From Vulcanimicrobiota bacterium (GTDB lineage Bacteria; Vulcanimicrobiota; Vulcanimicrobiia; Vulcanimicrobiales; Vulcanimicrobiaceae), in assembly GCA_963695225.1 (NCBI GenBank), contig OY968762.1, forward strand, positions 1,728,001 to 1,792,000: a DNA stretch of 64,000 nucleotides, given 5' to 3'. Numbering within the stretch: position 1 is the first letter of the stretch; every line of letters begins with the position of its first letter. Below the pieces are notes generated by a model. The model did no database searches. It was not told where the DNA came from and was given only the letters and a program-made list of their open reading frames with translations. Position numbers and translations under genes: made by a program. Below, piece by piece: positions 20,486 to 29,680 of the stretch.

Positions 20486-21391
20486 GTGAGCGCAGGGATG
20501 ACGGGCCGGCCGGCACGGCCGGCCCGTCGCCTCTCGGCCTTGATGTGGCGCAAGCCGAACCTCGGCGCGGCGTTGCTGCTCGTTCCGCCGCTGGCTTGGT
20601 TCGTGCTGATCTATCTCGCGGCGCTCCTCGCGCTGTTCGTCTCCGCGTTCTGGACCGTGAACTCGTTCACGAGCGAGATCGAGCGGCATTGGACGTTCGA
20701 TAACTTCCACACGATCCTCACCGACGCGACCTACCGCGTCATCGCCGCTCGAACGATCGGCATGGCGGCCGTCGTGACGTTGAGCGACGCCGTCCTCGCC
20801 TTTCCGTTTGCGTACTACATGGCGCGCGTCGCCGGCCCGCGCCTGCGCGGCATCCTGTTCGCGCTCGTCCTGCTGCCGCTCTGGTCGAGCTATCTCGTGC
20901 GCGTCTATGCCTGGCGCCTCATCCTCGATCACGACGGCGCGCTGAACTGGACGCTGGCGAGGTTCGGGATCCCGCCGCTCGATATCGGCTACTCGAATTG
21001 GGCGATGTGGATCGTGTTCACGTACATCTGGCTGCCGTTCATGATCATCCCGATCTACTCGGCGATCGAGCGAATCCCGCACTCGCTGTTCGAAGCGTCG
21101 CAGGATCTCGGCGCTAGGAGCGTGCGGACGTTCGCGAAGGTCGTCTTCCCGCTCGCGCTCCCGGGCGTCATCGCGGGCTCCATCTTCACGTTCTCGCTGA
21201 CGCTCGGCGACTACATCACGCCGACGCTCGTCGGCGGCCCGGGTTCCGATTTCATCGGCAACGTCGTCTACGCGAACGTCGGCATCGCGAACAACATCCC
21301 GTTCGCGGCCGCCTTCGCGACCGTTCCGCTCGTCGTGATGGCCCTCTATCTGCTCGCCGCGCGCAAGCTCGGCGCATTCGAGGTCATGTAG
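20486..21391 (+). CDS. Polyamine ABC permease (YdcU/PotB-like)
   Basis: LPLWSSYLVRVYAW, EASQDLGA (EAA loop), SLTLGDYI. Confidence 0.92.
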   Translation: MSAGMTGRPARPARRLSALMWRKPNLGAALLLVPPLAWFVLIYLAALLALFVSAFWTVNSFTSEIERHWTFDNFHTILTDATYRVIAARTIGMAAVVTLSDAVLAFPFAYYMARVAGPRLRGILFALVLLPLWSSYLVRVYAWRLILDHDGALNWTLARFGIPPLDIGYSNWAMWIVFTYIWLPFMIIPIYSAIERIPHSLFEASQDLGARSVRTFAKVVFPLALPGVIAGSIFTFSLTLGDYITPTLVGGPGSDFIGNVVYANVGIANNIPFAAAFATVPLVVMALYLLAARKLGAFEVM

Positions 21392-22174
21392 GTGGAGAAC
21401 CGCCTGACGCGCACGCTGCTCGGCGCCTGGACGTTCCTCGTCCTGCTCTTCCTCTTCGGTCCGATCGCGATCATCTTCGCCTACGCGTTCAACAGCTCGA
21501 ACATCCAGAGCTGGCCGATCGCCGGGTTCACGCTGCACTGGTTCTCGTCCGCCTGGCAAAATGAAGAGATCCGCACCGCGTTCTTTCTCTCGCTGAAGGT
21601 GGGCTTCGTCGCGACGGCGATCGCCGTCGTCCTCGGTTCCGCCGCGGCCTTCGCAGTGCATCGCTACAGCTTCTTCGGCCGCGAGACCGTCTCGCTGCTC
21701 GTGGTGCTCCCGATCGCGCTCCCCGGCATCATCACCGGCATGGCGCTCAATTCGTTCTTCGTCTTCTGGGGCCTGAGCCTCTCGTACTGGACGATCGTGA
21801 TCGGGCACGCGACGTTCTGCATCGTGATCGTGTACAACAACGTGATCGCGCGCTTGCGCCGCGTCCCCCTCTCGCTCGAGGAGGCGTCCATGGACTTGGG
21901 CGCCGACGCCTGGTACACGTTCCGCCGCGTTACCCTGCCGATGATCTCGACGGCCCTCGTCGCCGGCGCCATTCTCGCGTTCGGCCTTTCGTTCGACGAA
22001 GTGATCGTCACGACGTTCACCGCGGGCGCCCAAAACACGCTCCCGCTGTGGATCTTCGGCGCGATTCGCCTCGGACAACGCCTCCCCGAAGTGAACGTCG
22101 TCGTGATGGCGATGATGGCGCTAACCGTCGTGCCGGTGCTGCTCGCGTACCGCTTGACCAAACCGGTCGAATGA
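21392..22174 (+). CDS. Polyamine ABC permease (YdcV/PotC-like)
   Basis: LPIALPGIITG, GHATFCIVIVYNNVIARLRR, EEASMDLGA, SFDEVIVTTFTAG. Confidence 0.92.
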   Translation: MENRLTRTLLGAWTFLVLLFLFGPIAIIFAYAFNSSNIQSWPIAGFTLHWFSSAWQNEEIRTAFFLSLKVGFVATAIAVVLGSAAAFAVHRYSFFGRETVSLLVVLPIALPGIITGMALNSFFVFWGLSLSYWTIVIGHATFCIVIVYNNVIARLRRVPLSLEEASMDLGADAWYTFRRVTLPMISTALVAGAILAFGLSFDEVIVTTFTAGAQNTLPLWIFGAIRLGQRLPEVNVVVMAMMALTVVPVLLAYRLTKPVE

Positions 22175-22196
22175 CGAACGAAGGGCCGAGAAAAGG

Positions 22197-22230
22197 ACGG
22201 GGCCGGCACGTTTTCGTGCCGGCCCCGTTT
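22197..22230. terminator. Bidirectional intrinsic terminator between convergent ABC operons
   Basis: Perfect 14-bp stem acggggccggcacg-tttt-cgtgccggccccgt with short T runs on both strands. Confidence 0.8.
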
Positions 22231-22255
22231 CGCATTCCATGGGAGCGCGAGGAAG

Positions 22256-23395
22256 TTATTTCGCGATCGCGTCCTGGAAGAGCGTCTCCCACTTGCGTTC
22301 GTCTTCCGCCGAGAGCGATGCGAAGCTGTGCATCTTCGCGAGCACGTCCTTCGACGGGTAGACGAGCGGGTTGCTCGCGAGCTTGGGGTTGATCTTGCGG
22401 ACGAACTCTTGCGTCCCCGCAACCGGCGGGATGTATTGCACGGCGGCGATGATCTCGGCGTAGACCTCGGGCTTGTAGATGTAGTTCATCCACGCGAGGG
22501 CCGCGGCGCGATGGGCCGCGTTGATCGGGATCACCATGTTGTCGACCGAGTGGTAGAGGCCTTCCTTCGGGATGAGGAAGCGCAGGTTCGGATTGTCCTT
22601 CTGCAGCGAGACGACGTCTCCGGAGAAGGCGAACGTGACCCACACGTCGCCGCGCGAGAGCGCCGCGCCGTAATCGTTCCCGAAGAACTGCCGGATCTGG
22701 CCGTTCTTCACGTTCTCCTTGATCTTGGCGACGGCGGCTTGCGCGTCCGCGTAGGTCGCCTTCTCGGGGGCCACGCCCAGTCCCAAGAGCACGAGCGCGA
22801 GCGTATCGCGCATTTGATTGAGCATCGAGACGTGCCCGCGGAACTTCGGATCGAAGATGTCGTTGACGCTCGTGAGCTCGCGTCCGGTCTTCTTGATGTC
22901 GTACGCGATCCCGGTCATGTACATCGCCCACGGAAGGCTGTACTCGCGAGTGGGATCCCAGTCGGGGTGCGCCAATTCCGGCACGAGATTCTTCGCGTTC
23001 GGGACTTCCGCGCGAGTGTACTTCTCCACCCAGCCGAGCTTGACGAGGCGGGCGGCGAGATAATCGGTGGGGACGATGATGTCGCGATCCGGGTTGCGGC
23101 CGGCTTGCAGCGGCTGCGCGATCTTCCCGAAGAGGCTCGGGTTATCGTTGATGTCCTCGATGTAGCGCACCTTGACGCCGTACGCCTTCTCGAAATTCGC
23201 GACCGTCTTCGGGCCGATATAGTACGGCCAGTTCGAAATCAAAAGCGGCCCGGCGAGTGCCGGAGCCGCCGCGATCGCCCGCGTCATGCCGGCGACGTCG
23301 AGGCCCGCCGTAGCGGCGAGGCCCGCGCCTGCGGCTGCTGCGGACTTGATGAATTCACATCGGCCGATAACGTTCGGCCGCTTCTTCTCAGTCAT
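22256..23395 (-). CDS. Spermidine/putrescine-binding protein (PotD/PotF-like) with Tat-like leader
   Basis: ISNWPYYI, DIIVPTDY, PKEG..SVDNMVIP, A.AWMNYIY.PEV; leader GRCEFIK followed by hydrophobic stretch. Confidence 0.9.
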   Translation of the reverse strand: MTEKKRPNVIGRCEFIKSAAAAGAGLAATAGLDVAGMTRAIAAAPALAGPLLISNWPYYIGPKTVANFEKAYGVKVRYIEDINDNPSLFGKIAQPLQAGRNPDRDIIVPTDYLAARLVKLGWVEKYTRAEVPNAKNLVPELAHPDWDPTREYSLPWAMYMTGIAYDIKKTGRELTSVNDIFDPKFRGHVSMLNQMRDTLALVLLGLGVAPEKATYADAQAAVAKIKENVKNGQIRQFFGNDYGAALSRGDVWVTFAFSGDVVSLQKDNPNLRFLIPKEGLYHSVDNMVIPINAAHRAAALAWMNYIYKPEVYAEIIAAVQYIPPVAGTQEFVRKINPKLASNPLVYPSKDVLAKMHSFASLSAEDERKWETLFQDAIAK

Positions 23396-23491
23396 TATCC
23401 TCCACCATTGAGCAGGAGCCGGCCGTGCCGGCCCTGCGGCGTATTGGGCGTGCGGCCTGCGCCGCTATGTGGCACCTTGTAGTAGAACGAA

Positions 23492-24655
23492 TTAGTCCGT
23501 GGGAACGACCCATGAATGCGCGCGGTCCCATTGGATCGTAAGGCGATCCCCCGGGGCAACGCCGGCGAGGTGATACTGCGGCAGGAGCGTCACGACGACC
23601 TCGCGCCCGTCGTCGCGTTGCAATGCGTAGCGGAAAATCGCGCCCTGGAAATCGACGGTCGATAGGCGCGCCGAAAAGGATCCGCCCGAAACGGCCCGGT
23701 CATCCGTCTTTGCGAGGGAGATCTGTTCCGGCCGCACCATGAGCAAGACCCGCGCCCCGACGGGCAGCCCGCAAGGGGCGGCCGCGACGCCCCTGCCGCC
23801 GCCCTCGAGTTCGAGCGCGACTTCTCCGTTGCCCTGGCCGGTCACGCGCGCGGGCAAGAGGTTCGCCGAGCCGACGAAGCCGGCCACGAAGCGCGTGCTC
23901 GGGCGCGTGTAGATCTCTTCCGGAACGCCGAGCATCTCGATGCGGCCCTCGTTCATGACCGCGATCCTGCTCGACATCGTGAGCGCCTCATCCTGATCGT
24001 GCGTGACGAAAATGAACGTCGTCTGCACTTCGGTTTGAATGCGCTTGAGCTCCAACTGCATGTTGAGTCGCAGCTTCACGTCGAGCGCGCTCAGCGGTTC
24101 GTCGAGGAGGAGGGCGCTCGGGTTGTTCACCAGGGCCCGTGCAAGAGCGACGCGCTGCTGCTGCCCGCCCGAGAGGAGCGTCGGCTTCTTGTGCGCGTGC
24201 TCGCTGACGTGGACCTTCGCCAGGGCCGCCTTCACGCGCTCGTTCACGGTCGCGCGATCGAGGCCGGCAGTGCGCGGTCCGAACGCGACGTTGTCGAAGA
24301 CGTTCATGTGCGGGAAGAGCGCGTATTGCTGGAAGACCGTGTTGAGATGCCGCTTGTAGGGAGGCACCTCCGAGACGTCGGCGCCGTCGAGCAGGATCCG
24401 TCCGCTCGAGGGTATCTCGAAACCGGCGATCATCTTGAGCGTGGTCGTCTTCCCGCAGCCCGAAGGCCCCAGGAGCGTCAAGAACTCGCCTCGACGGACA
24501 TCGAGGTCGATCGCATGGAGCACCTCTTTGTCGCCGTAGCGCTTGGAGACGCCCTCGAGGCGGATGACGATGTCGTCCGCGACGCGATCTAGCGGCATGT
24601 GTCCGTTACGATGCTCCGTTGTCCCGCTCGGACCCTGTGGAATGACGCTCACCAC
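23492..24655 (-). CDS. Spermidine/putrescine ABC ATP-binding protein (PotA-like)
   Basis: GPSGCGKT, NTVFQQYALFPHM, LSGGQQQR, TOBE domain; true start may be the internal Met near 24598. Confidence 0.92.
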   Translation of the reverse strand: MVSVIPQGPSGTTEHRNGHMPLDRVADDIVIRLEGVSKRYGDKEVLHAIDLDVRRGEFLTLLGPSGCGKTTTLKMIAGFEIPSSGRILLDGADVSEVPPYKRHLNTVFQQYALFPHMNVFDNVAFGPRTAGLDRATVNERVKAALAKVHVSEHAHKKPTLLSGGQQQRVALARALVNNPSALLLDEPLSALDVKLRLNMQLELKRIQTEVQTTFIFVTHDQDEALTMSSRIAVMNEGRIEMLGVPEEIYTRPSTRFVAGFVGSANLLPARVTGQGNGEVALELEGGGRGVAAAPCGLPVGARVLLMVRPEQISLAKTDDRAVSGGSFSARLSTVDFQGAIFRYALQRDDGREVVVTLLPQYHLAGVAPGDRLTIQWDRAHSWVVPTD

Positions 24656-24664
24656 CTCTACCTC

Positions 24665-25531
24665 CTAACCTTCCATATCGAGCGGCGGGGCCTGCGCGCG
24701 AGCGCGACTCCGTTCCAAGAGCAAGCTCCCCAGCGTCAGCGCCGCGAGGATGAGGAATATGCTCGTGCCGATAACGTAAATCTGCGCGGGCATCGCCACC
24801 CGCGCCGCCCCCCACACGTAGAGCGGGAACGTGACGGTCTGCCCCGAGACGAACATGCTGACGATGAAGTCGTCGAGCGAGAGCATGAACGCCAAGATCC
24901 CCGCCGTGAGGACGGAGGGGAGGATGAGCGGCAACGTGATCTTCGAAAACACGCGCCAGCCGCTCGCGCCCAAATCCATCGCGGCATGCTCGAGTGCGAT
25001 ATCGAAGCCTCGCAGCCGAGACTTCACCATGATGACGACGAACGCGATATCGAACATCACGTGCGCCAACAGCAACGTGGCCGGCCCCATCGGAGCGCGT
25101 ATGCCGAGAAACATGTCGAGCATCGAGGAGCCGAGGATGACCTCCGGCGTTGAAATCGTCAGCAACAGCACGAGTTCCAGGGCTGTTTGGCCGCGGAACT
25201 TATAGCGCACGAGGGCGTACGCCATCGCCGTTCCGATCGGCGTCGCGATCAGCGCGGCGCACGACGCGATCAAGAGGCTTACCTGGAGCGCCTGGAGCAG
25301 GCCGTCGACGGCAAACGGATTCAACCAGGCGGCGAGCGAGAAGCCGCGCCACGCAAAATCGAACTTCCCGTTCGTTTGATTGACGCTCAACGCGATCATC
25401 ATCCCGATCGGCGCGAGCAGAAAGAGCAGGCTGAGCGCCGCCGCGAGCGTGATGAGGTGGCGCCCGGCGAAGCGCGCCAGCCGGGCCGGGACCGTGGCCG
25501 TTCTGGGCGCGGGAATCGATACGGCAGCCAT
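24665..25531 (-). CDS. Spermidine/putrescine ABC permease (PotC-like)
   Basis: TPEVILG, EHAAMDLGA, SLDDFIVS, TFPLYVWGAAR. Confidence 0.91.
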   Translation of the reverse strand: MAAVSIPAPRTATVPARLARFAGRHLITLAAALSLLFLLAPIGMMIALSVNQTNGKFDFAWRGFSLAAWLNPFAVDGLLQALQVSLLIASCAALIATPIGTAMAYALVRYKFRGQTALELVLLLTISTPEVILGSSMLDMFLGIRAPMGPATLLLAHVMFDIAFVVIMVKSRLRGFDIALEHAAMDLGASGWRVFSKITLPLILPSVLTAGILAFMLSLDDFIVSMFVSGQTVTFPLYVWGAARVAMPAQIYVIGTSIFLILAALTLGSLLLERSRARAQAPPLDMEG

Positions 25532-26404
25532 TTAGCCGGTCAACTCCTCGGTCCCGAACAGCCGCGAATACACGGCCACGCATACGATCAGGCAGGCCAT
25601 CAGGACGAGCGACGCAGCGGCGGCGATCGGGTAATCGAGCGTGACGAGATACCTGCTCTGGATGACGTTGCCGATCATCTGGCGCTGCGGCGCGCCGAGC
25701 ATCATCGCATTCACGAAATCGCCCGCAGCCGGGATGAACGTCAGCAAACTTCCCGCGAATACCCCCGGCAGCGAGAGCGGGAACACGACCTTGCGGAAAG
25801 CGACGAAGGGCGCGGCGTAGAGATCTTCGGCGGCGCTGATCAGCGTGGGATCGATGCGGTCGAGGCTCACGTAGATCGGCAAGACGCTGAACGAGAGAAA
25901 ATTGTACGTCAGCGCGAAGATGACCGCGATCGGCGTGCCGAGCACGTAGGCGTTCTGCGGAATCACGTGGATGAACTTGAGCGCCCCGAGGATCATGCCG
26001 TTATCGCTGAGCAACGCTTCCCACGAGAGCGTGCGCACCAGATAGGTGACGAAGAACGGCGCAACGACGGCGAAGAGCAGCACCATCTTGTAGCTGCCGC
26101 CGCGGAAGACGATGAAGTAGGCGAGCGGATAGCCGATCAGAAGCGCCAGCAGCGTCGCACACGCGGCGTACCCGAACGAGCGCAGAAACGTCGGGCCGTA
26201 ATCGATGACCGCCGTCGCGTAGTTCTGCCAGTGCCAATTGAAATCCAGCCCGGTCAGGAGGCTTCCTTCTTGAAGGGAGGTCCTTACTTGGCCCGCCAGC
26301 GGGATCAAATAGACGAACGTGAGCCACAGTACGCCGGGCAAAACCAAGGCATACGGAACCCAACGGCGCGCCGCCCCCGCCTGCCTGCTTTCATCGTTCG
26401 TCAT
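25532..26404 (-). CDS. Spermidine/putrescine ABC permease (PotB-like)
   Basis: LIGYPLAYFI, PFFVTYLVRT, AAEDLYA, TFIPAAGDFVN. Confidence 0.91.
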   Translation of the reverse strand: MTNDESRQAGAARRWVPYALVLPGVLWLTFVYLIPLAGQVRTSLQEGSLLTGLDFNWHWQNYATAVIDYGPTFLRSFGYAACATLLALLIGYPLAYFIVFRGGSYKMVLLFAVVAPFFVTYLVRTLSWEALLSDNGMILGALKFIHVIPQNAYVLGTPIAVIFALTYNFLSFSVLPIYVSLDRIDPTLISAAEDLYAAPFVAFRKVVFPLSLPGVFAGSLLTFIPAAGDFVNAMMLGAPQRQMIGNVIQSRYLVTLDYPIAAAASLVLMACLIVCVAVYSRLFGTEELTG

Positions 26405-26612
26405 AGAACGGCCACGGTACCGGGCTGCGGCCGGTGCGCTCGTTCGCGTTGCTCCTTGAATTCCATGGTTATCGCTGCGACAGCTCGAATATCACCCTTC
26501 CCAACGCGACGATTCGTGGCCGTAGAGAACCGTAACATGCGGGTAGTACCACTACCCTTGTCCCCAAGTAGGAAAGACGAGCGTACGGACGCTCGAAATG
26601 GATAGGGGCCAA

Positions 26613-26639
26613 TTGAGCGTTTGCTCGGCACGCTATACT
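26613..26639 (+). promoter_or_regulatory. Putative sigma70-type promoter for patA
   Basis: TTGAGC-N15-TATACT; good -10 box, short spacer. Confidence 0.35.
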
Positions 26640-26687
26640 GGATTACCTCCGATTGGCTCACGCATCGGCTCCCTGAGGTGAAAAAGA

Positions 26688-28055
26688 ATCAACTCTGAAC
26701 AAGACGTCTACGAATACACGACCCGTGCGCTCGACCTAATAGCAAAACGCGAGATCACTCCCGAGGAGGCGGATTGGATTACAAGCGAAACCGTCGCCTC
26801 CTTCCGCGACCACGTCAACCCCGGCTTCCTCGAATATCGTAAGGCGGCGAACCTCGACCACGAGGCGATGGTCGTAGAATGGGCCGACGCCGGGCTCAAC
26901 TCGATTCGCTCGGTCGACGGGCGCGAGTATCTCGACTGCCTCGGCGGCTTCGGGATCTTCAACGTCGGGCACCGGCACCCGAAAGTCCTTAAGGCGCTGC
27001 TCGATCAACTGCAACGTCAAGCGTTGCACGGCCAGGATTTCCTCGATCCGCTGCGCGCGATCCTCGCGAAAACCCTCGCGATGCTGACGCCGCCGGGGCT
27101 CGAATACTCCTTCTTCTGCAATAGCGGCACCGAGGCCATCGAGGCCGCGCTCAAACTCGCACGCGCGTTCGACCCCTCCAAGCAAACGATCGTCGCCGCG
27201 ACGAAGGGCTTCCACGGCAAGAGTTACGGCGCACTCTCCGCCAGCGCGAAGGGCGAATTCCGCCGCCCGTTCGGCGCGATGCTCCCGAACATCGAGCACG
27301 TGCCGTTCAACGATTTGGTGGCTCTGCGGCGCATGTTCGTCACCTGCAAGGTCGTCGGCGAGGAGGTCGGCGTCGTCATCCTCGAGCCCATTCAAGGCGA
27401 GGGCGGCGTGAACGTCCCCTCCGACGATTACCTGCCCGGCGTGCGCGCGCTCTGCGACGAGTTCGGCGCCTTGCTCGTCCTCGACGAAGTGCAGACCGGC
27501 ATGGGGCGTACCGGGACGATGTTCTGCTGCCAGCAGTACGGCGTCACGCCGGACATCCTATGCCTGGCGAAAGCCTTCGGGGGAGGCGTGATGCCGGCCG
27601 GGGCCGTGGTGGGCACGAAAGCCGTCTTTTCGCGCCTGTTCGGGAATCCGTTCCTGCACACGACGACGTTCGGCGGAAACCCCATGGCCTGCGCGGCGGC
27701 GCTGGCCACGATCAACGTCTTGATCGAGGAACGGCTGCCGGAGCGGGCCGGCGTGCTCGGGACTCGTTTCCTCGCCGGGCTGCGCGAAGCGGTCCGAGGC
27801 CGCGAGGACGTCGTCGTCGACGTGCGCGGGAAAGGCCTCCTGATCGGGATCGAGTTCATCGACGACCGGACGGGCTTCGAAGTCGGAAAGTTGCTCCTCG
27901 AGCGAGGCATCCTCGTTTCCGGGACGCTCGTGAACGCCCGCGTCGTCCGGATCGAACCCCCGCTGACGATCACGGACGCCGAGGCCGACCGAGTCTGCGC
28001 GGCGCTCGCCGACGCTCTGCGCGTCCTGCCGCGGTTGGTCCCGGCCGGGGCGTAA
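26688..28055 (+). CDS. patA: Putrescine:2-oxoglutarate aminotransferase (class III PLP); start codon non-canonical or uncertain
   Basis: PatA-like sequence (ALDLIAKR..HVNPGFLEYRK..VEW) extends ~60 codons upstream of the ORF-track ATG 26868; DCLGGFGIFNVGH, DEVQTG, CLAKAFGGG (PLP Lys); SD GAGGTG 7 nt before ATC 26688. Confidence 0.9.
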   Translation: MNSEQDVYEYTTRALDLIAKREITPEEADWITSETVASFRDHVNPGFLEYRKAANLDHEAMVVEWADAGLNSIRSVDGREYLDCLGGFGIFNVGHRHPKVLKALLDQLQRQALHGQDFLDPLRAILAKTLAMLTPPGLEYSFFCNSGTEAIEAALKLARAFDPSKQTIVAATKGFHGKSYGALSASAKGEFRRPFGAMLPNIEHVPFNDLVALRRMFVTCKVVGEEVGVVILEPIQGEGGVNVPSDDYLPGVRALCDEFGALLVLDEVQTGMGRTGTMFCCQQYGVTPDILCLAKAFGGGVMPAGAVVGTKAVFSRLFGNPFLHTTTFGGNPMACAAALATINVLIEERLPERAGVLGTRFLAGLREAVRGREDVVVDVRGKGLLIGIEFIDDRTGFEVGKLLLERGILVSGTLVNARVVRIEPPLTITDAEADRVCAALADALRVLPRLVPAGA

Positions 28056-28079
28056 CCGCCCCGGCGGGTAACGAGGAAA

Positions 28080-28109
28080 CGCCCCGCGGTGCCGTTGCAC
28101 CGCGGGGCG
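28080..28109. terminator. Terminator hairpin between convergent patA and porin genes
   Basis: cgccccgcggtgc-cgtt-gcaccgcggggcg; short T run on the minus strand. Confidence 0.7.
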
Positions 28110-28141
28110 CCTTCATTCACGACCCGTGAACGATCTTGGGA

Positions 28142-29455
28142 TTAGAAGTGCACCAGCGCTTCGAGCCCGAGCGTGTTGTTCGTGTTCGTGCCGGTCGTCC
28201 CGAAGGCGTACGTCGCGCCCGTGACGAGCGGCGAGTTTGCCGGGGTGTTGAAGGCCGGCTGGCTCGACTTGTCCTGGCGGTATTCGGCCCGGAGGGTCAG
28301 GTTCGAGGACGCCGCATAGGAGGCGGCCACGGTGCCCTCGTGCCAGAGCTGGGCGTAGCCCGTCTGGAAGCCGTTCGCATCGTGGAAACCTTCATAGCGA
28401 AGCGTTCCGGTCAGCTTCGGCGTGACTTGGTAGACGACATAACCTGCGAGCCCGCTCCACGAAGCGAGCGAACCCGTGTTGACGGTGGCGAACGCGTTCC
28501 AGCCGGTGCCGTCGGCGCAATGGGCGGCCAGATCCGTCGTCGTGCAAGACTGCGAACCGCTGTCGTAGTTCGCGGCTACCGTCAGCTTCGGCGTCACGTG
28601 ATACGTGCCGACGAGGTCGAGCAGGCGCTTCTGCCCTTGAGCGACCGTCGGATCTCCGGCGGGAACGCCCAGCGGGAAGTCGATCGTCGCGTTTCTATTC
28701 GGCCCGCCGTAGTTGCCGAGCCGAGCGTACCCCGTGTAGCCCTGGGCCGTCAGCGAGAGCGCGGACGTCGGGTTGAAGAGGACCGCGTATTCCGCCGTAT
28801 AGCCGGAGCTAACTTTCTTCCAGGTGTTCCAGCCTTCGTTGACGCCGCCGATCACCGAGAGCTTGCTGTTCAAAGCATAGGTCAGACGGCCGCCCGTATG
28901 CGTCGCCGGCTGGTACCAGAACAGGATGCCGCGGGAAACCGTCGTGTCGTTGACGCTTTCGGACGATTCGTAGCCGGCGAGCGTTGCGAACTTTCCGCCG
29001 GTCAAGGTGAGCTTGCCCTTCGTGTACGAGAGATAGGCCTGCGAAATATCGAAGCTGGCGAAATCCGAGGGGTACGTATACGAGACGTTCGCCTGGGGTC
29101 CGACGTTGAGCAGGATGCGGCCGGCCCACGGGCCGCTGTTCAAATTCGCCGAAACGTTAAGATCCTCGAGTTCGGGCGAATCGTTGACGTAGTCGAACCC
29201 GCGTGCGTTCTGCGGGCCGAACGCGAAGTTGTTCCCGACGCTGAGCGGCGGGGTGCCGGTGAACTGAAGGCCGCCCGCGCCGAGCGTCTTCGTGTAGAGC
29301 ATGTCGGCGGCGCCGTTGAACGTAACCGCCGGTGCTGCGGGTGAGGCTGCGGCGGCAGGTGACGCCGCCGGGGCGGGCGACGGTGCCGTCTGAGCCAGCG
29401 CGGCACTCGTCCCGAGCGCGAACGCCGCGAGTGCCCCGATGATATGGAGTTTCAA
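28142..29455 (-). CDS. Outer-membrane beta-barrel porin (BBP2/DUF1597-like)
   Basis: Signal peptide, Pro/Ala linker, QAYLSY..GKF.TLAGYE, P.THTG.R, LTLRAEYRQD, C-terminal Phe. Confidence 0.82.
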   Translation of the reverse strand: MKLHIIGALAAFALGTSAALAQTAPSPAPAASPAAAASPAAPAVTFNGAADMLYTKTLGAGGLQFTGTPPLSVGNNFAFGPQNARGFDYVNDSPELEDLNVSANLNSGPWAGRILLNVGPQANVSYTYPSDFASFDISQAYLSYTKGKLTLTGGKFATLAGYESSESVNDTTVSRGILFWYQPATHTGGRLTYALNSKLSVIGGVNEGWNTWKKVSSGYTAEYAVLFNPTSALSLTAQGYTGYARLGNYGGPNRNATIDFPLGVPAGDPTVAQGQKRLLDLVGTYHVTPKLTVAANYDSGSQSCTTTDLAAHCADGTGWNAFATVNTGSLASWSGLAGYVVYQVTPKLTGTLRYEGFHDANGFQTGYAQLWHEGTVAASYAASSNLTLRAEYRQDKSSQPAFNTPANSPLVTGATYAFGTTGTNTNNTLGLEALVHF

Positions 29456-29680
29456 GGGATTTCCTTCTTTCAGCTATTCTAGTCGTACGCGCAGAAGCCG
29501 TGCTGGGCGCACCCGGCGCAGATTCTGTGTACTTTCGCGCTACGAGTTCGAAACGGTAATCCCTTCGGCAAAATGTCACAATAGGGCGCCGCCCAATGTG
29601 TTAGGCGGAGCGAAGAGCTTGCGGGCGCAAAGCCTCGCCGCTACTGGGGTAGCGGTCCGGGGAGCCCGCCGCAGCGGCCT

